A stretch of 64,000 nucleotides of DNA from Bacteroidales bacterium (GCA_017618715.1 JAFZTS010000002.1:71062-135061), one strand, 5' to 3'. Positions 45,498 to 55,698 are shown, counted from the stretch's first letter. Notes: generated by a model not told the origin, from the letters alone. Translations and numbers: made by a program.

Positions 45498-46328
45498 TTA
45501 CTTTTCTATAAGATATGGGAAAGTCCACCCAGCGATTCCATTGGCACGGAATTCGCCATTGATAAATGAAACTTTCCATGGATAATAAGCCTTCAACAGA
45601 CCTTCCATCTCAGTTGCAAGTCGATGATTATCGTTGGGTTTAAGGACTTTTACTTCACATTCTACAAGATTCCCTTGACTATTTACGCGAGCCTTTTTGA
45701 TATAGAACACGATGCGTTTGGCATTTGCCAGTTCAGGATATTGTTCAATGTGTATCGGGAATAACCTTCTTAACTCTGAGTTGTTCTCTACTTTATCAAA
45801 AGAAAATCCGTCTATGACGTAATTGTGATATACCTTCTTTCCGATAACTTTTCCTTTGTCGATGCTAATGATTTGTTCGTCTTCATAATTCCGCTCAAAA
45901 CCCATATGCTCATAGTAAATCACTTTGCCTTTAGCCACGCGGATATCTTCCGTCAGCCAGCTACCCACAATACGATCTCCCGTTACATGCTTCTTGAACA
46001 CACGTAATAAAGTGGCTGATGGCATGCGATTGCCAATGTGATCCTTGATGTCTGAGTCATAGTGCTCACTTCGGATGCTGTCCAGGTAGAGCACATTTTG
46101 CTTGATACTCCAATAGGCAGTGAATCCATCCCAGTTGGCAGTGGAATTGTATCGTTCTGGGGGGAGCACGGCTTTTAAATCGTGGTATAGCAGAGAGTCT
46201 ACACATATTGGTCTGCCCAATAACTCCCAACGGGTACCATCAATATATATTATGTCACCAACTTGGCCTGTTGCATTAACGGCAATTGCCATAATCAGAT
46301 ATTGAATGAATAAAAGGGCTCTCTTCAT
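45498..46328 (-). CDS. Secreted hypothetical protein (C-terminal region possibly TonB-C-like)
   Basis: 276 aa with signal peptide MKRALLFIQYLIMAIAVNA. Visibly lower GC than its neighbours. The C-terminal pattern VFYIKKARVNSQGNLVECEVK...ATEMEGLLKAY.PWKVSFINGE resembles TonB C-terminal domains, but the evidence is weak. Confidence 0.55.
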   Translation of the reverse strand: MKRALLFIQYLIMAIAVNATGQVGDIIYIDGTRWELLGRPICVDSLLYHDLKAVLPPERYNSTANWDGFTAYWSIKQNVLYLDSIRSEHYDSDIKDHIGNRMPSATLLRVFKKHVTGDRIVGSWLTEDIRVAKGKVIYYEHMGFERNYEDEQIISIDKGKVIGKKVYHNYVIDGFSFDKVENNSELRRLFPIHIEQYPELANAKRIVFYIKKARVNSQGNLVECEVKVLKPNDNHRLATEMEGLLKAYYPWKVSFINGEFRANGIAGWTFPYLIEK

Positions 46329-46404
46329 AACTAAATTTCGATGAATTTTAACTTCTATCTTTTACTATCCTCTAATACAATTTGTAACGTCGACAATTCT
46401 GCGG

Positions 46405-46412
46405 CAAAATTA
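46405..46412 (-). promoter_or_regulatory. -7 box (TAATTTTG)
   Basis: caaaatta on the + strand, about 77 nt upstream of the ATG at 46328. Confidence 0.35.
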
Positions 46413-46526
46413 CGAAGAAAATACCAAATAACCAAATTTTCAAGGAAATAACGCAAAATTTGCGACGTTTTTATTAATAAAACGTCGTATCCCAACTTTT
46501 AACTGGCTTTTTATGCATAAATGTAC

Positions 46527-46563
46527 AAAAAATCCCCCGCCATCGGAAATCGATGACGGGGGA
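46527..46563 (-). terminator. Rho-independent terminator of ppdK
   Basis: tcccccgccatcg / cgatgacggggga: a 13-bp stem with 1 mismatch and loop gaaat. On the minus strand it is followed by T6. Confidence 0.75.
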
Positions 46564-46585
46564 AACCTGTGATAATCAGTATTGA

Positions 46586-49320
46586 TTACTTGAGATCCTC
46601 AACAGCGGCCTGTGCGGCAGCCAGACGTGCGATGGGCACGCGGAATGGAGAGCAGGAGACGTAGTTGAGACCTACGCGGTGGCAGAACTTAACTGACGAT
46701 GGCTCACCGCCGTGCTCGCCGCAGATACCGCACTTGAGATCGGGACGTACCGAACGGCCCTTCTGTACAGCCATCTGGATGAGCTGACCAACACCCTTCT
46801 GGTCGAGTACCTGGAATGGATCGACCTTGAGGATCTTCTTGTCGAGATAGACAGGAAGGAAGCTGGCAATATCGTCACGCGAATAACCGAAGGTCATCTG
46901 GGTAAGGTCGTTGGTACCGAACGAGAAGTACTCGGCGCGAGCAGCTACTGCATCGGCAGTGAGGGCAGCACGTGGAACCTCGATCATCGTACCTACCTTG
47001 AACTCGAATGGCTCAACGCCTTCAGCCTTGAAGAGCTCGGCAGCAGTCTTGCGAATGACAGCTTCCTGCTGGTCGAACTCGTGGTGCTTGCCGACGAGTG
47101 GAACCATGATCTCGGGATGCGGGTCGTGACCTTCGCGACGGAGCTGGATAGCGGCGCCGAGGATGGCCTTGGTCTGCATCTCAGTGATCTCGGGATAGGT
47201 GTTGCCCAGACGGCAGCCACGGTGACCGAGCATCGGGTTATTCTCGGAGAGTGAAGCTACACGGCCCTGGATGTATTCCAGGCTTACACCCATGGCTTCA
47301 GCCATCTCCTCCTGACCCTTCAGATCATGAGGTACGAACTCGTGAAGCGGTGGGTCGAGCAGACGGATGTTGACTGGAAGTCCGTCATGGCGAGGAGGAT
47401 GCCGTAGAAGTCCTTGGTCTGGTAAGGCAGCAGCTTGTTGAGTGCCTTCTCACGACCAGCCTTGTCCTCAGCAAGAATCATCTCGCGCATGGCTTTGATC
47501 TTCTCACCCTCGAAGAACATGTGCTCGGTACGGCAAAGACCTACACCGACAGCACCGAAGTTACGAGCCACGGTAGCATCGTGTGGAGTATCGGCATTGG
47601 TGCGTACAACGAGCTTGGTGTACTTGTTGCAGAGATTCATGAGTTCGGCGAAGTCGCCGGAAATCTCGGCAGCCTTGGTCTCAACCTCGCCAAGGATTAC
47701 CTGGCCGGTAGAACCATTGAGTGAGATGAAGTCGCCCTCCTTGAGGGTGATATCCTCAATCTTGACAGTCTTCTCAACATAGTCAACCTGGATAGCACCA
47801 GCACCCGAAACGCAGCACTTGCCCATACCACGTGCCACAACGGCAGCGTGTGAGGTCATACCGCCACGGCAGGTGAGGATACCCTCGGCAGCTGCCATAC
47901 CAGCGAGATCCTCGGGAGAGGTCTCGATACGTACCATGATGACCTTGTGGCCATTCTTGTGCCATGTCTCAGCATCGTCGGCATTGAAGACGATCTGACC
48001 GCAGGCAGCACCAGGAGAGGCGGGAAGACCAGTGGTGAGAACCTTGGCCTTCTTCAGGGCGTTCTTGTCGAAGACGGGGTGCAGCAGCTCGTCGAGCTTC
48101 TGAGGCTCGCAGCGCTGGATGGCAGTCTTCTCGTCGATAAGACCCTCGTGCATAAGGTCCATGGCAATCTTGACCATTGCAGTACCGGTGCGCTTGCCGT
48201 TACGGGTCTGGAGGAACCAGAGCTTGCCTTCCTGTACGGTGAACTCCATGTCCTGCATGTCGTGATAGTGATTCTCGAGCTTGGTCTGCAGGGCGTCGAG
48301 CTCCTTGTAGATCTCGGGCATGGCCTCTTCCATCGAAGGATACTTGGCGGCACGCTCTTCCTCGGAAATCTCGGCACGCTTTGCCCAACGACGAGAGCCC
48401 TCGATGGTGATCTGCTGTGGTGTGCGGATACCGGCCACAACGTCCTCACCCTGTGCATTGACGAGGTACTCACCATTGAAGATGTTCTCACCCGTAGCAG
48501 CATCGCGGCTGAAGCATACGCCAGTAGCCGAAGTGTTGCCCATGTTGCCGAATACCATAGCCATTACGGAAACGGCTGTGCCCCACTCTGCGGGGATGCC
48601 CTCCATCTTGCGATAGAGGATAGCACGCTCGTTCATCCAAGAGTCGAACACGGCGCAGATGGCGCCCCACAGCTGCTCGTAAACGTCAACGGGGAATGCC
48701 TTACCGGTGCGCTCCTTGATCATGGCCTTGAACTTGGTGACAAGTTCCTGAAGGCCCTCTACGGGGATGTCCTTGTCAAGAACAACATTGTACTCCTCCT
48801 TCACCTTCTCGATGATAGCCTCGAATGGATCGATATCGGTCTTGTTGACCGGCTTGAGACCCATCACAACGTCACCGTACATCTGCACGAAACGACGATA
48901 GGAATCCCATGCGAAGTGAGGATTGCCAGTCTTCTTGGAGAGGCCTTCCACTACCTCGTCGTTGAGACCAAGGTTGAGGATGGTATCCATCATGCCTGGC
49001 ATGGAAGCACGGGCACCTGAACGTACAGAAACAAGCAGTGGGTTGGCTGGATCGCCAAAGGTGTTGTTCATCAGCACCTCGATATGCTTGACAGCAGCCA
49101 GCACATCGTCCTTGAGGACTTCCACTACGTTGTCCTTTCCAATCTGGTAATACTCATTACAAACGTCGGTCGTAATGGTGAATCCAGGAGGAACGGGCAC
49201 TCCAATAAGATTCATCTCGGCAAGGTTAGCACCCTTGCCACCCAGAAGATTTCTCATGTCTGCCTTACCTTCAGCCTTACCATTGCCGAAGAGATAGACG
49301 CGCTTTTTGTTTTCTGCCAT
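46586..49320 (-). pseudogene. ppdK: Pyruvate, phosphate dikinase interrupted by a 1-nt deletion (or a sequencing error)
   Basis: Two ORFs (47320-49320, 666 aa; 46586-47305, 239 aa) together cover a full-length PPDK of about 905 aa. After ...DFYGILLAM (ATG at 47386-47388) the homologous frame [20 protein letters not shown] continues in the -1 frame. The phosphohistidine region GGMTSHAAVVARG and the C-terminal TIM-barrel domain are intact. Confidence 0.85.
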
Positions 49321-49425
49321 AATTAAAAATTAAAACAGGTTTACAGGTTTGTTATAGAAATTTATTCACTCAGCAAAATGATTGGCCGTCAGCCAGTGAG
49401 GCTGGCGCTTCCTTATTTTAGGCTG

Positions 49426-49433
49426 CAAAGATA
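49426..49433 (-). promoter_or_regulatory. -7 box (TATCTTTG) for ppdK
   Basis: caaagata on the + strand, about 106 nt upstream of the ppdK ATG. Confidence 0.5.
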
Positions 49434-49536
49434 CCGATTTTCGATGACAATTCCAAATTTTTAAGCCTAAAAAAACGTGAAAAGCCCCATTTAATCGGTT
49501 GCGCACCGACCAAATGGGGTCTGATGACATGTTTTT

Positions 49537-50391
49537 TCAATCGTACACGCCATAATCAGGCGCATCAGCAGGTGCCTTGACGACCTTGTCGGCATCGATT
49601 TCGAAGAGGGCGGTTAGCACTCCAGTGAGCTGGACACATAGCGTAGTCTTGCGCTTGTAGATTGGATTGCCTTCGCTGTCGAGAATCTGATTGCCCTGGC
49701 GATCCTTCTCATATTCCTGTTTGCTCACCGTCTCGCGGACGGAGGCGAGGTAGGCGACATGTCCGCGGAGAGGACCTTCGAGTACCAGCACCTTGTCGCC
49801 GATAGCGTAGGTGGGTTTTTCGACCGATTCGAGCCAGTCAGCTTCGCTCAATGCCTTGAACTCGAGCATCTGGATGTCGGGAATGGGCTGCGGCCAATGG
49901 CGGGTGCGATCGTTGAGGAAGCCGACGACGTATTCGGAGATGCGACTGTGGAACAACGGATCACGATTGTCGAGGATGGTGTGCACAAAGATGATTCCAG
50001 GTGTCTGCACCTTCTCCTTCCACACCATGCGGTCGGAGTACTTGACATGGACGCGCTTGAGAGGGACGAAACACTCCATCAGCACCTTTTCGGGTTCGAC
50101 AGGAATGAAGAGATCTTCTTTCTTGGCCTTGGCGCGACGACGCTTCTTCTTCGTATCGATGCCCATAAGATAATCGTGAATCTGCATCTCGTGTCCCGGA
50201 TGCACATAGACAGCGTACCAATGAAGGGTTGAATAGTGCCGCTTCTTGGCCATACGAGTCAGTTCGGTGGGATCGTTGAGCTCCTGAAGCGTAGGGAGTA
50301 TTCTGGGTGGTTGCTCAGTATTGGGTTGCTCGTTGACGGGCTGCTCGTTAATAGGTTGCTCGTTAATGGGTTGTTCGTTGTTTTCGGACAT
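49537..50391 (-). CDS. NusG-paralog transcription antiterminator (UpxY-like) with N-terminal EQPxN repeats
   Basis: 284 aa. NGN-like region HWYAVYVHPGHEMQIHDYL...GIIFVHT. KOW-like IGDKVLVLEGPLRGHVAYLASV. N-terminus NEQPI NEQPI NEQPV NEQPN TEQPP (15-bp DNA period). Confidence 0.7.
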   Translation of the reverse strand: MSENNEQPINEQPINEQPVNEQPNTEQPPRILPTLQELNDPTELTRMAKKRHYSTLHWYAVYVHPGHEMQIHDYLMGIDTKKKRRRAKAKKEDLFIPVEPEKVLMECFVPLKRVHVKYSDRMVWKEKVQTPGIIFVHTILDNRDPLFHSRISEYVVGFLNDRTRHWPQPIPDIQMLEFKALSEADWLESVEKPTYAIGDKVLVLEGPLRGHVAYLASVRETVSKQEYEKDRQGNQILDSEGNPIYKRKTTLCVQLTGVLTALFEIDADKVVKAPADAPDYGVYD

Positions 50392-50402
50392 AGTTGTGAG
50401 GG

Positions 50403-51536
50403 TTAAGAGAGTTTAGTTGGGTCAAGAAGGGACAAAAGGTTTTTCGTAAAGACAGGCCAGCTATACTTTTCGCGTTCGGATGCAAGACCCGAGGAGAAAT
50501 CGGGATGCTCTGTGACGAAGCGAATGAGGGCAGCGGTTATATCCTTGGGATTGGGATCGACAACATAACCGACCTTGCCATCGGGGACGATTTCGGGCAG
50601 ACCGCCGACACGTGTCACCAACATGGGCCGTTGAAAATGATAGGCGATCTGGGTAACACCGCTCTGGGTGGCCGATTTGTAAGGTTGTACCACAAGGTCG
50701 GCAGCTGCAAAGAAATATCGCACCTCGTGGTCGGATACAAACTCGGTCCGCCAAATTACCTTGTCGTCAATACCCAAGTGCGTGGCTTGGGCATGATAAC
50801 GCTCTTCTCCGCTGTAGAATTCACCTGCGACAATGAGTTTCACCTCTGGAAATACTTTAACCAGCCCGGCGTAGGCTTCCAACAAAAGGTCAAGCCCCTT
50901 GTAATCGCGTATCAAACCGAAGAACAGCAGAAAGCGCGACGACTCATCAAGCCCCAGATGACTACATGCTTCTGCACGATCCATTGGTTCGCCGAAATTG
51001 TCGTAGAGAGGATGGGGCGAAGCAACAGTCGGCATCGTAGGAGCATATTGGTGGACATCGTCACACACGGATTGTGAAAGTGCCGCTACGTATTCCACCG
51101 AGCCGATGAAATATTTGGTCAGTAGTCGGTCAAAGGGTCGCGATTCGTGAGGAATGAGATTATGGCAAAGAGCAATGACATGCGTTGAGCCATTGCCTTT
51201 GGCGATTCGGCCTACCGTACCAAGACAAGGTGCCATGAAGGGCATCCAATAAGCAAGGACAAGTAGATCGGGAGCTTCACGCCTGATGCGACGTCCCAGA
51301 GATACCCAGGTAAACGGATTGACTGATGACAGCTTACGTTCGATGCGAAGATCTGGTGGTGCCGGTTCTGCACTTAACTGTGTTTTGCCCGGGAAAAGGA
51401 ATCCAGGATATTGCAAAGTGAAAGTATATAGCTGCACTTCATGCCCTTCCGACTGAAGCTGATGTGCCAACCGCTCATTGAACGCCGCTATGCCGCCTCT
51501 ATAAGGCCAGGCAGGACCTACAATGGTTACTCTCAT
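50403..51536 (-). CDS. Glycosyltransferase family 4 (GT-B)
   Basis: Start at MRVTIVGPAWPYRGGI, whose ATG overlaps the YfhO stop (TAATG). C-terminal E(x7)E-type region GGLPEIV. Confidence 0.85.
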   Translation of the reverse strand: MRVTIVGPAWPYRGGIAAFNERLAHQLQSEGHEVQLYTFTLQYPGFLFPGKTQLSAEPAPPDLRIERKLSSVNPFTWVSLGRRIRREAPDLLVLAYWMPFMAPCLGTVGRIAKGNGSTHVIALCHNLIPHESRPFDRLLTKYFIGSVEYVAALSQSVCDDVHQYAPTMPTVASPHPLYDNFGEPMDRAEACSHLGLDESSRFLLFFGLIRDYKGLDLLLEAYAGLVKVFPEVKLIVAGEFYSGEERYHAQATHLGIDDKVIWRTEFVSDHEVRYFFAAADLVVQPYKSATQSGVTQIAYHFQRPMLVTRVGGLPEIVPDGKVGYVVDPNPKDITAALIRFVTEHPDFSSGLASEREKYSWPVFTKNLLSLLDPTKLS

Positions 51537-54046
51537 TATTTCTTGACAAATATTTCTTTCAGGCCTAAACCTATGCATCCGAGGATGACAAGATACATCA
51601 AGACGACAAAGAACATCGACAATCTATTGCCCTTCTCGACGGACTCAGGACGGAATTCGAAGCGAATGTGATGATTGCCAGCCGGCACATTGAGCGCACG
51701 AAGCATATAGTTCACTCGGTAATAGTCGGCAGGCTGACCGTCAATGATAGCCTTCCATCCCTTGTTGTAATAGATTTCGCTAAAGACAATCGTCCCCGGT
51801 TGGGAAGACTTGGAATCGTACTCGACATATTCAGGAGTATATTTTGTAAGGCTTACACTTGCTGTACTATCATTGGCATTGACAGCCAACCCATCGTTAA
51901 CAGCTCCCGGCAACATGCTGGAAAAAGCCTTGTCCACGACAGCCGTATGATGGAGGTCATATTGCATAAGTCCATCACACTCCTCATTGGGTGTCTGTAC
52001 GACACGGAGCGTATCGACAAACCAAGCATTGCCCATGGCTTCGGGATTGAGCTGCACCTGTGGCTGGCCACCCTGCTGATCCTGAAAAACAATGTATTTG
52101 GCATTGAGCATATTGAGCACCGGCCAGTGCATTTTGGAGAGATGCTGGTCGATGAGGTCCTGGTAACGACGCAGCTTGGCTGCCGAATACCCGCCGATGG
52201 ACTTCAGGCGATAGGACGTGCGTGCATCGTTGAAGGTGTTGGCAGCGAGATTGAATACGCGGAAGTTGGGGTCCTTGTCATTGTCAAGGATTTGTTTTTC
52301 CCAAGGCTGGATCTTATAGCTCTGCTCGAAAGTATTGGCCTTCGAGAACATACTATCGTTCATATAGCGCTTATCAACCGGCCACATGTCGAGCAGGATG
52401 AGGGCTCCCAAAATGAGGGCAAGGATGGCAGTGCCGCGGAACTTGTGGCTCTTGACATAGGCATAAATAACGACAGCTGCCGCAAGCACAAAGCCCAACG
52501 AACGGAAGACATCCGCCTTGAACATGGCAGCACGTTCCGCTACGATGCCATCGACCAACCAATCGGGAAGCTGCGAGAACATACCTTCATCATTCGGGCC
52601 CATAAAGCCGGAAGTGGTAGCGAATGCAATAAGCAGCAGCACAACAATAACTCCTGCCGATATGAGTACATTGCGCGCCAAATCCTTGATTACGGCTGAA
52701 GCAGCATACTGTTCGGCCGAATCGCCTGCTGCCTCAAGAGCAGCCTCCTTTGCTTCGGTGATGCGTTTGAGGGCGAGGAAGCCGAGCAATGGCATGGTGA
52801 TTTCGGCAATGACAAGGATGGAAGAAACGGCACGGAATTTGTTATACATCGGAACCGCTTCGAAGAAGAAGCGTGTCAACCCCATCCAATGATTGCCCCA
52901 GGAAAGGGCGATGCTGAGCAGGGTGACAGCCAGCAGGCACCATTTGTAGGGACCACGGACGATCAAAAGACCGAGCAAGAAGAGCAGACAAACGATGGAA
53001 CCCATATAGACTGGACCAGCTGTGAACGGCTGGTCGCCCCAATAGAGCGGCACGCTCTGGCAGAACTGTTCGGCTGTCTTGCGCGGCACACCTTTTCCGA
53101 CCATGTCCTTGTAAAGGTCCGAGTCCTTGTCAAGAGCATAGTTTGACGAGCCGCCCATATAATCAGGAATCAGGAACGTCCATGACTCACTGATTCCATA
53201 GCTCCAGGCCGTCGCATAATCAAGGTCGAGACCCTTGGTCTTGTTCATCTCGTCGCTGGCTTTTTCGAGGTCGGAATGCCCTCCTCGCATGGTTTCCTCG
53301 GCATATTCAAGGTTAGCAAAGATAGCCGCCGTACCCGTACCCAAGCCGATACCGAAAGCTGCCGCAAAAAGCAGTGTCGAAAGACCAAATGCCTTCCATG
53401 CCTTGGAAGTGATGGCATAGCACAGTTCGGCAATCCAGAATGCACCAAGGATGAAGCAGACGTAGTACGACATCTGAGGATGCGGATAGAAACCGATGGC
53501 CGAACAAAGCAATGTGAGGACTATGCCCGTCTTGCGATGACCATGGAAAATCAGATAGAAGCCCGCCACGACAGCAGACATGAGCGCCAACGTTGATGTC
53601 TTGGAGTGATGGTTGGCTCCGATGATGATGAAGAAATAACTGGAGAAAGCAATGGCCAATGCACCCACGATAGAAAGCCACTTATCGACCTTCATCGAAC
53701 GCAACAACGCGAAGAAGCAGAGGCAATAGATCAGCACGATAGCAATCACATTGCGATGTCCCCAAAGCAGGACATCCTTGACAGGCTGCAGCCAGTAATC
53801 CTTCAGGTACTTTCCACCACCAATCTGATAGTTCGGCATACCCGAGAACATCGAACCGGTCCACCACGTGCGATTTCCCGTCTGCTCGTAATACTCGACG
53901 GCCTCGTGCACAGCTGCTCGACCCTGCACGCCATCACTCGTGGCGATGATCTTGCCGTCGAGCACAGGCGACATATAGACGCACGCCACCACAGCAAAGA
54001 CGAGAATGGCCAGAAGAGTGGGCCATAGTTTCTTGATAGTATTCAT
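51536..54046 (-). CDS. YfhO-family polytopic membrane protein (GT-C-like)
   Basis: 836 aa. About 12 or more TM helices in the N-terminal two thirds, then a soluble C-terminal domain and a terminal TM. N-terminal pattern as recalled for PF09586. Confidence 0.7.
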   Translation of the reverse strand: MNTIKKLWPTLLAILVFAVVACVYMSPVLDGKIIATSDGVQGRAAVHEAVEYYEQTGNRTWWTGSMFSGMPNYQIGGGKYLKDYWLQPVKDVLLWGHRNVIAIVLIYCLCFFALLRSMKVDKWLSIVGALAIAFSSYFFIIIGANHHSKTSTLALMSAVVAGFYLIFHGHRKTGIVLTLLCSAIGFYPHPQMSYYVCFILGAFWIAELCYAITSKAWKAFGLSTLLFAAAFGIGLGTGTAAIFANLEYAEETMRGGHSDLEKASDEMNKTKGLDLDYATAWSYGISESWTFLIPDYMGGSSNYALDKDSDLYKDMVGKGVPRKTAEQFCQSVPLYWGDQPFTAGPVYMGSIVCLLFLLGLLIVRGPYKWCLLAVTLLSIALSWGNHWMGLTRFFFEAVPMYNKFRAVSSILVIAEITMPLLGFLALKRITEAKEAALEAAGDSAEQYAASAVIKDLARNVLISAGVIVVLLLIAFATTSGFMGPNDEGMFSQLPDWLVDGIVAERAAMFKADVFRSLGFVLAAAVVIYAYVKSHKFRGTAILALILGALILLDMWPVDKRYMNDSMFSKANTFEQSYKIQPWEKQILDNDKDPNFRVFNLAANTFNDARTSYRLKSIGGYSAAKLRRYQDLIDQHLSKMHWPVLNMLNAKYIVFQDQQGGQPQVQLNPEAMGNAWFVDTLRVVQTPNEECDGLMQYDLHHTAVVDKAFSSMLPGAVNDGLAVNANDSTASVSLTKYTPEYVEYDSKSSQPGTIVFSEIYYNKGWKAIIDGQPADYYRVNYMLRALNVPAGNHHIRFEFRPESVEKGNRLSMFFVVLMYLVILGCIGLGLKEIFVKK

Positions 54047-54889
54047 TTATATGTTGTTTTTGATATAGTCCTTGACGCTTTGCGCCAAACCCTTCTTGAA
54101 CCAAAGGATGCGCATCACTCCATCGAATTGCTCGAGATGGAGGTCGGCATAACGCCCATCCTGTTTCATCGCATCGAAAGCCTTTTTGAGCTTGTTGAGA
54201 GCCGAAAGACGGGTTTTGTAGCGATGCTTGTCTCGTCCGGTGCTCAACGACTCATCCCGAACGCAATAGACATAAAGCGGTTCATCAACGCAGGCGATAC
54301 GCCGGGCCAAAAGAAGACAGCGCGTGAGGAAATTGGTATCCTCACTATTCCTTTCGTCGGGAAATCTCAGTTCGTTCTCATCGAGGAATTGCCGCCGAAA
54401 AAGGAAACATACCGAAAAAGTGACGAAGTGGAGCAAGAAATGGCGTTTCGCCTCGAAAGTGAACGCGCCAGCTTCGACGACAGGATTGCGAAAAACGCGA
54501 CCGTCATTTGCTCCTCCGCGATACTTGAGCTGACAGAAGGCGAGGTCGGTCTGCGATGTTTCTGCCGCATGAAGCAACTTCTCGAGGAAAGTGGGTTTCC
54601 ACTCGTCGTCACTGTCGATGAATGCTACGTATTCACCCTTTGCCGCCTCAAGGCCAACGTTGCGAGCCACACCAGGGCCACTGTTCCGAGGAGTTTCAAG
54701 AAAACGGAACTTCTCCATCACTCCTTCCTGTTCGACAAAGGCATGGGCCAGATCCATGCTCCCATCCCCACCATGGTCATCTACCAATAGTACCTCAAAG
54801 TCCTGGCAGGTCTGTGCCATGAGGCTTTGAAGGCATCCCTTGATATAGGGAGCACAACGATAGATGGGGGTAACAATACTAACCTTCAT
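54047..54889 (-). CDS. Glycosyltransferase family 2
   Basis: VSIVTPIYRCAPYIKGCLQSL, VDDHGGDGS, FIDSDDEW (DxD). Confidence 0.85.
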   Translation of the reverse strand: MKVSIVTPIYRCAPYIKGCLQSLMAQTCQDFEVLLVDDHGGDGSMDLAHAFVEQEGVMEKFRFLETPRNSGPGVARNVGLEAAKGEYVAFIDSDDEWKPTFLEKLLHAAETSQTDLAFCQLKYRGGANDGRVFRNPVVEAGAFTFEAKRHFLLHFVTFSVCFLFRRQFLDENELRFPDERNSEDTNFLTRCLLLARRIACVDEPLYVYCVRDESLSTGRDKHRYKTRLSALNKLKKAFDAMKQDGRYADLHLEQFDGVMRILWFKKGLAQSVKDYIKNNI

Positions 54890-54892
54890 CTT

Positions 54893-55681
54893 TCATTTGC
54901 CTAATTTGCGTCGAATCTTATTGGGCCAGCCAGCCACGCGTTGAGGCACCTTGATGGTCCAACGACATAGTTCATCGGCCTTGAAACCAATACGCTGCAC
55001 GATGGAAAACGATGGGCGGTGGAGTCCACGCAGAGCATACGCTTCATCGATGACAGCATCGATTCGCAGACGATGGTTGACATCCTTCCGATCGTTGCCT
55101 TCAAAGAGATGGGTCAGGATACCTGGATTGTATTGACGCGCGAACCACGTGTGAAGACAAAAGTCGAGGCGGGTTGTGATGCCATCGGTGTGTCGTTCGT
55201 TGTCGAGATACAAGGTCTTGCCAGGGAAAGTTCGCACCATCCAGTGAAAGAAGTTGTAGTAAGGCTCGATGCCCTTGTAACTATCTTGCTTGAGTTCGGG
55301 GATGAGACGATAAGCGTTCCAGGCCTTGCGAATATCATGCAGGTTGAAGACATTAAAAAACGGATTGGTCACCGTAGGATCGCCCTTACGTGGCACACCC
55401 TTGCCTGCATCCGAGCACCCGATATTGACCCACCCTTCGGTCTGAGCCTTTTTGGCCAACGCCAACACGGCATCGAGATCGGTGATGAAGCAGTCCTCAT
55501 CGACATTGATGGCTATGTCGCAGGTTTCGTCGGCAAGCATCGTATAGAAGTACCCGTCGGCTGTCTGGTCGGTGAGACGAATGCACGGGTAGCCGGCCTG
55601 CTCATACAACCCTCGGCTGAGCAGGTAAAGCTCCTTGTTGAAGCTACGGCAATAAAACTTGATGCGAAGCTTGGGGGTCAT
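54893..55681 (-). CDS. Hypothetical protein in glycan locus (possible GT-A-like; DxD-like VDEDC)
   Basis: 262-aa ORF packed tightly between two GT2 genes. No family recognised. Confidence 0.5.
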   Translation of the reverse strand: MTPKLRIKFYCRSFNKELYLLSRGLYEQAGYPCIRLTDQTADGYFYTMLADETCDIAINVDEDCFITDLDAVLALAKKAQTEGWVNIGCSDAGKGVPRKGDPTVTNPFFNVFNLHDIRKAWNAYRLIPELKQDSYKGIEPYYNFFHWMVRTFPGKTLYLDNERHTDGITTRLDFCLHTWFARQYNPGILTHLFEGNDRKDVNHRLRIDAVIDEAYALRGLHRPSFSIVQRIGFKADELCRWTIKVPQRVAGWPNKIRRKLGK

Positions 55682-55698
55682 ATCTACTTTGAAGGATA

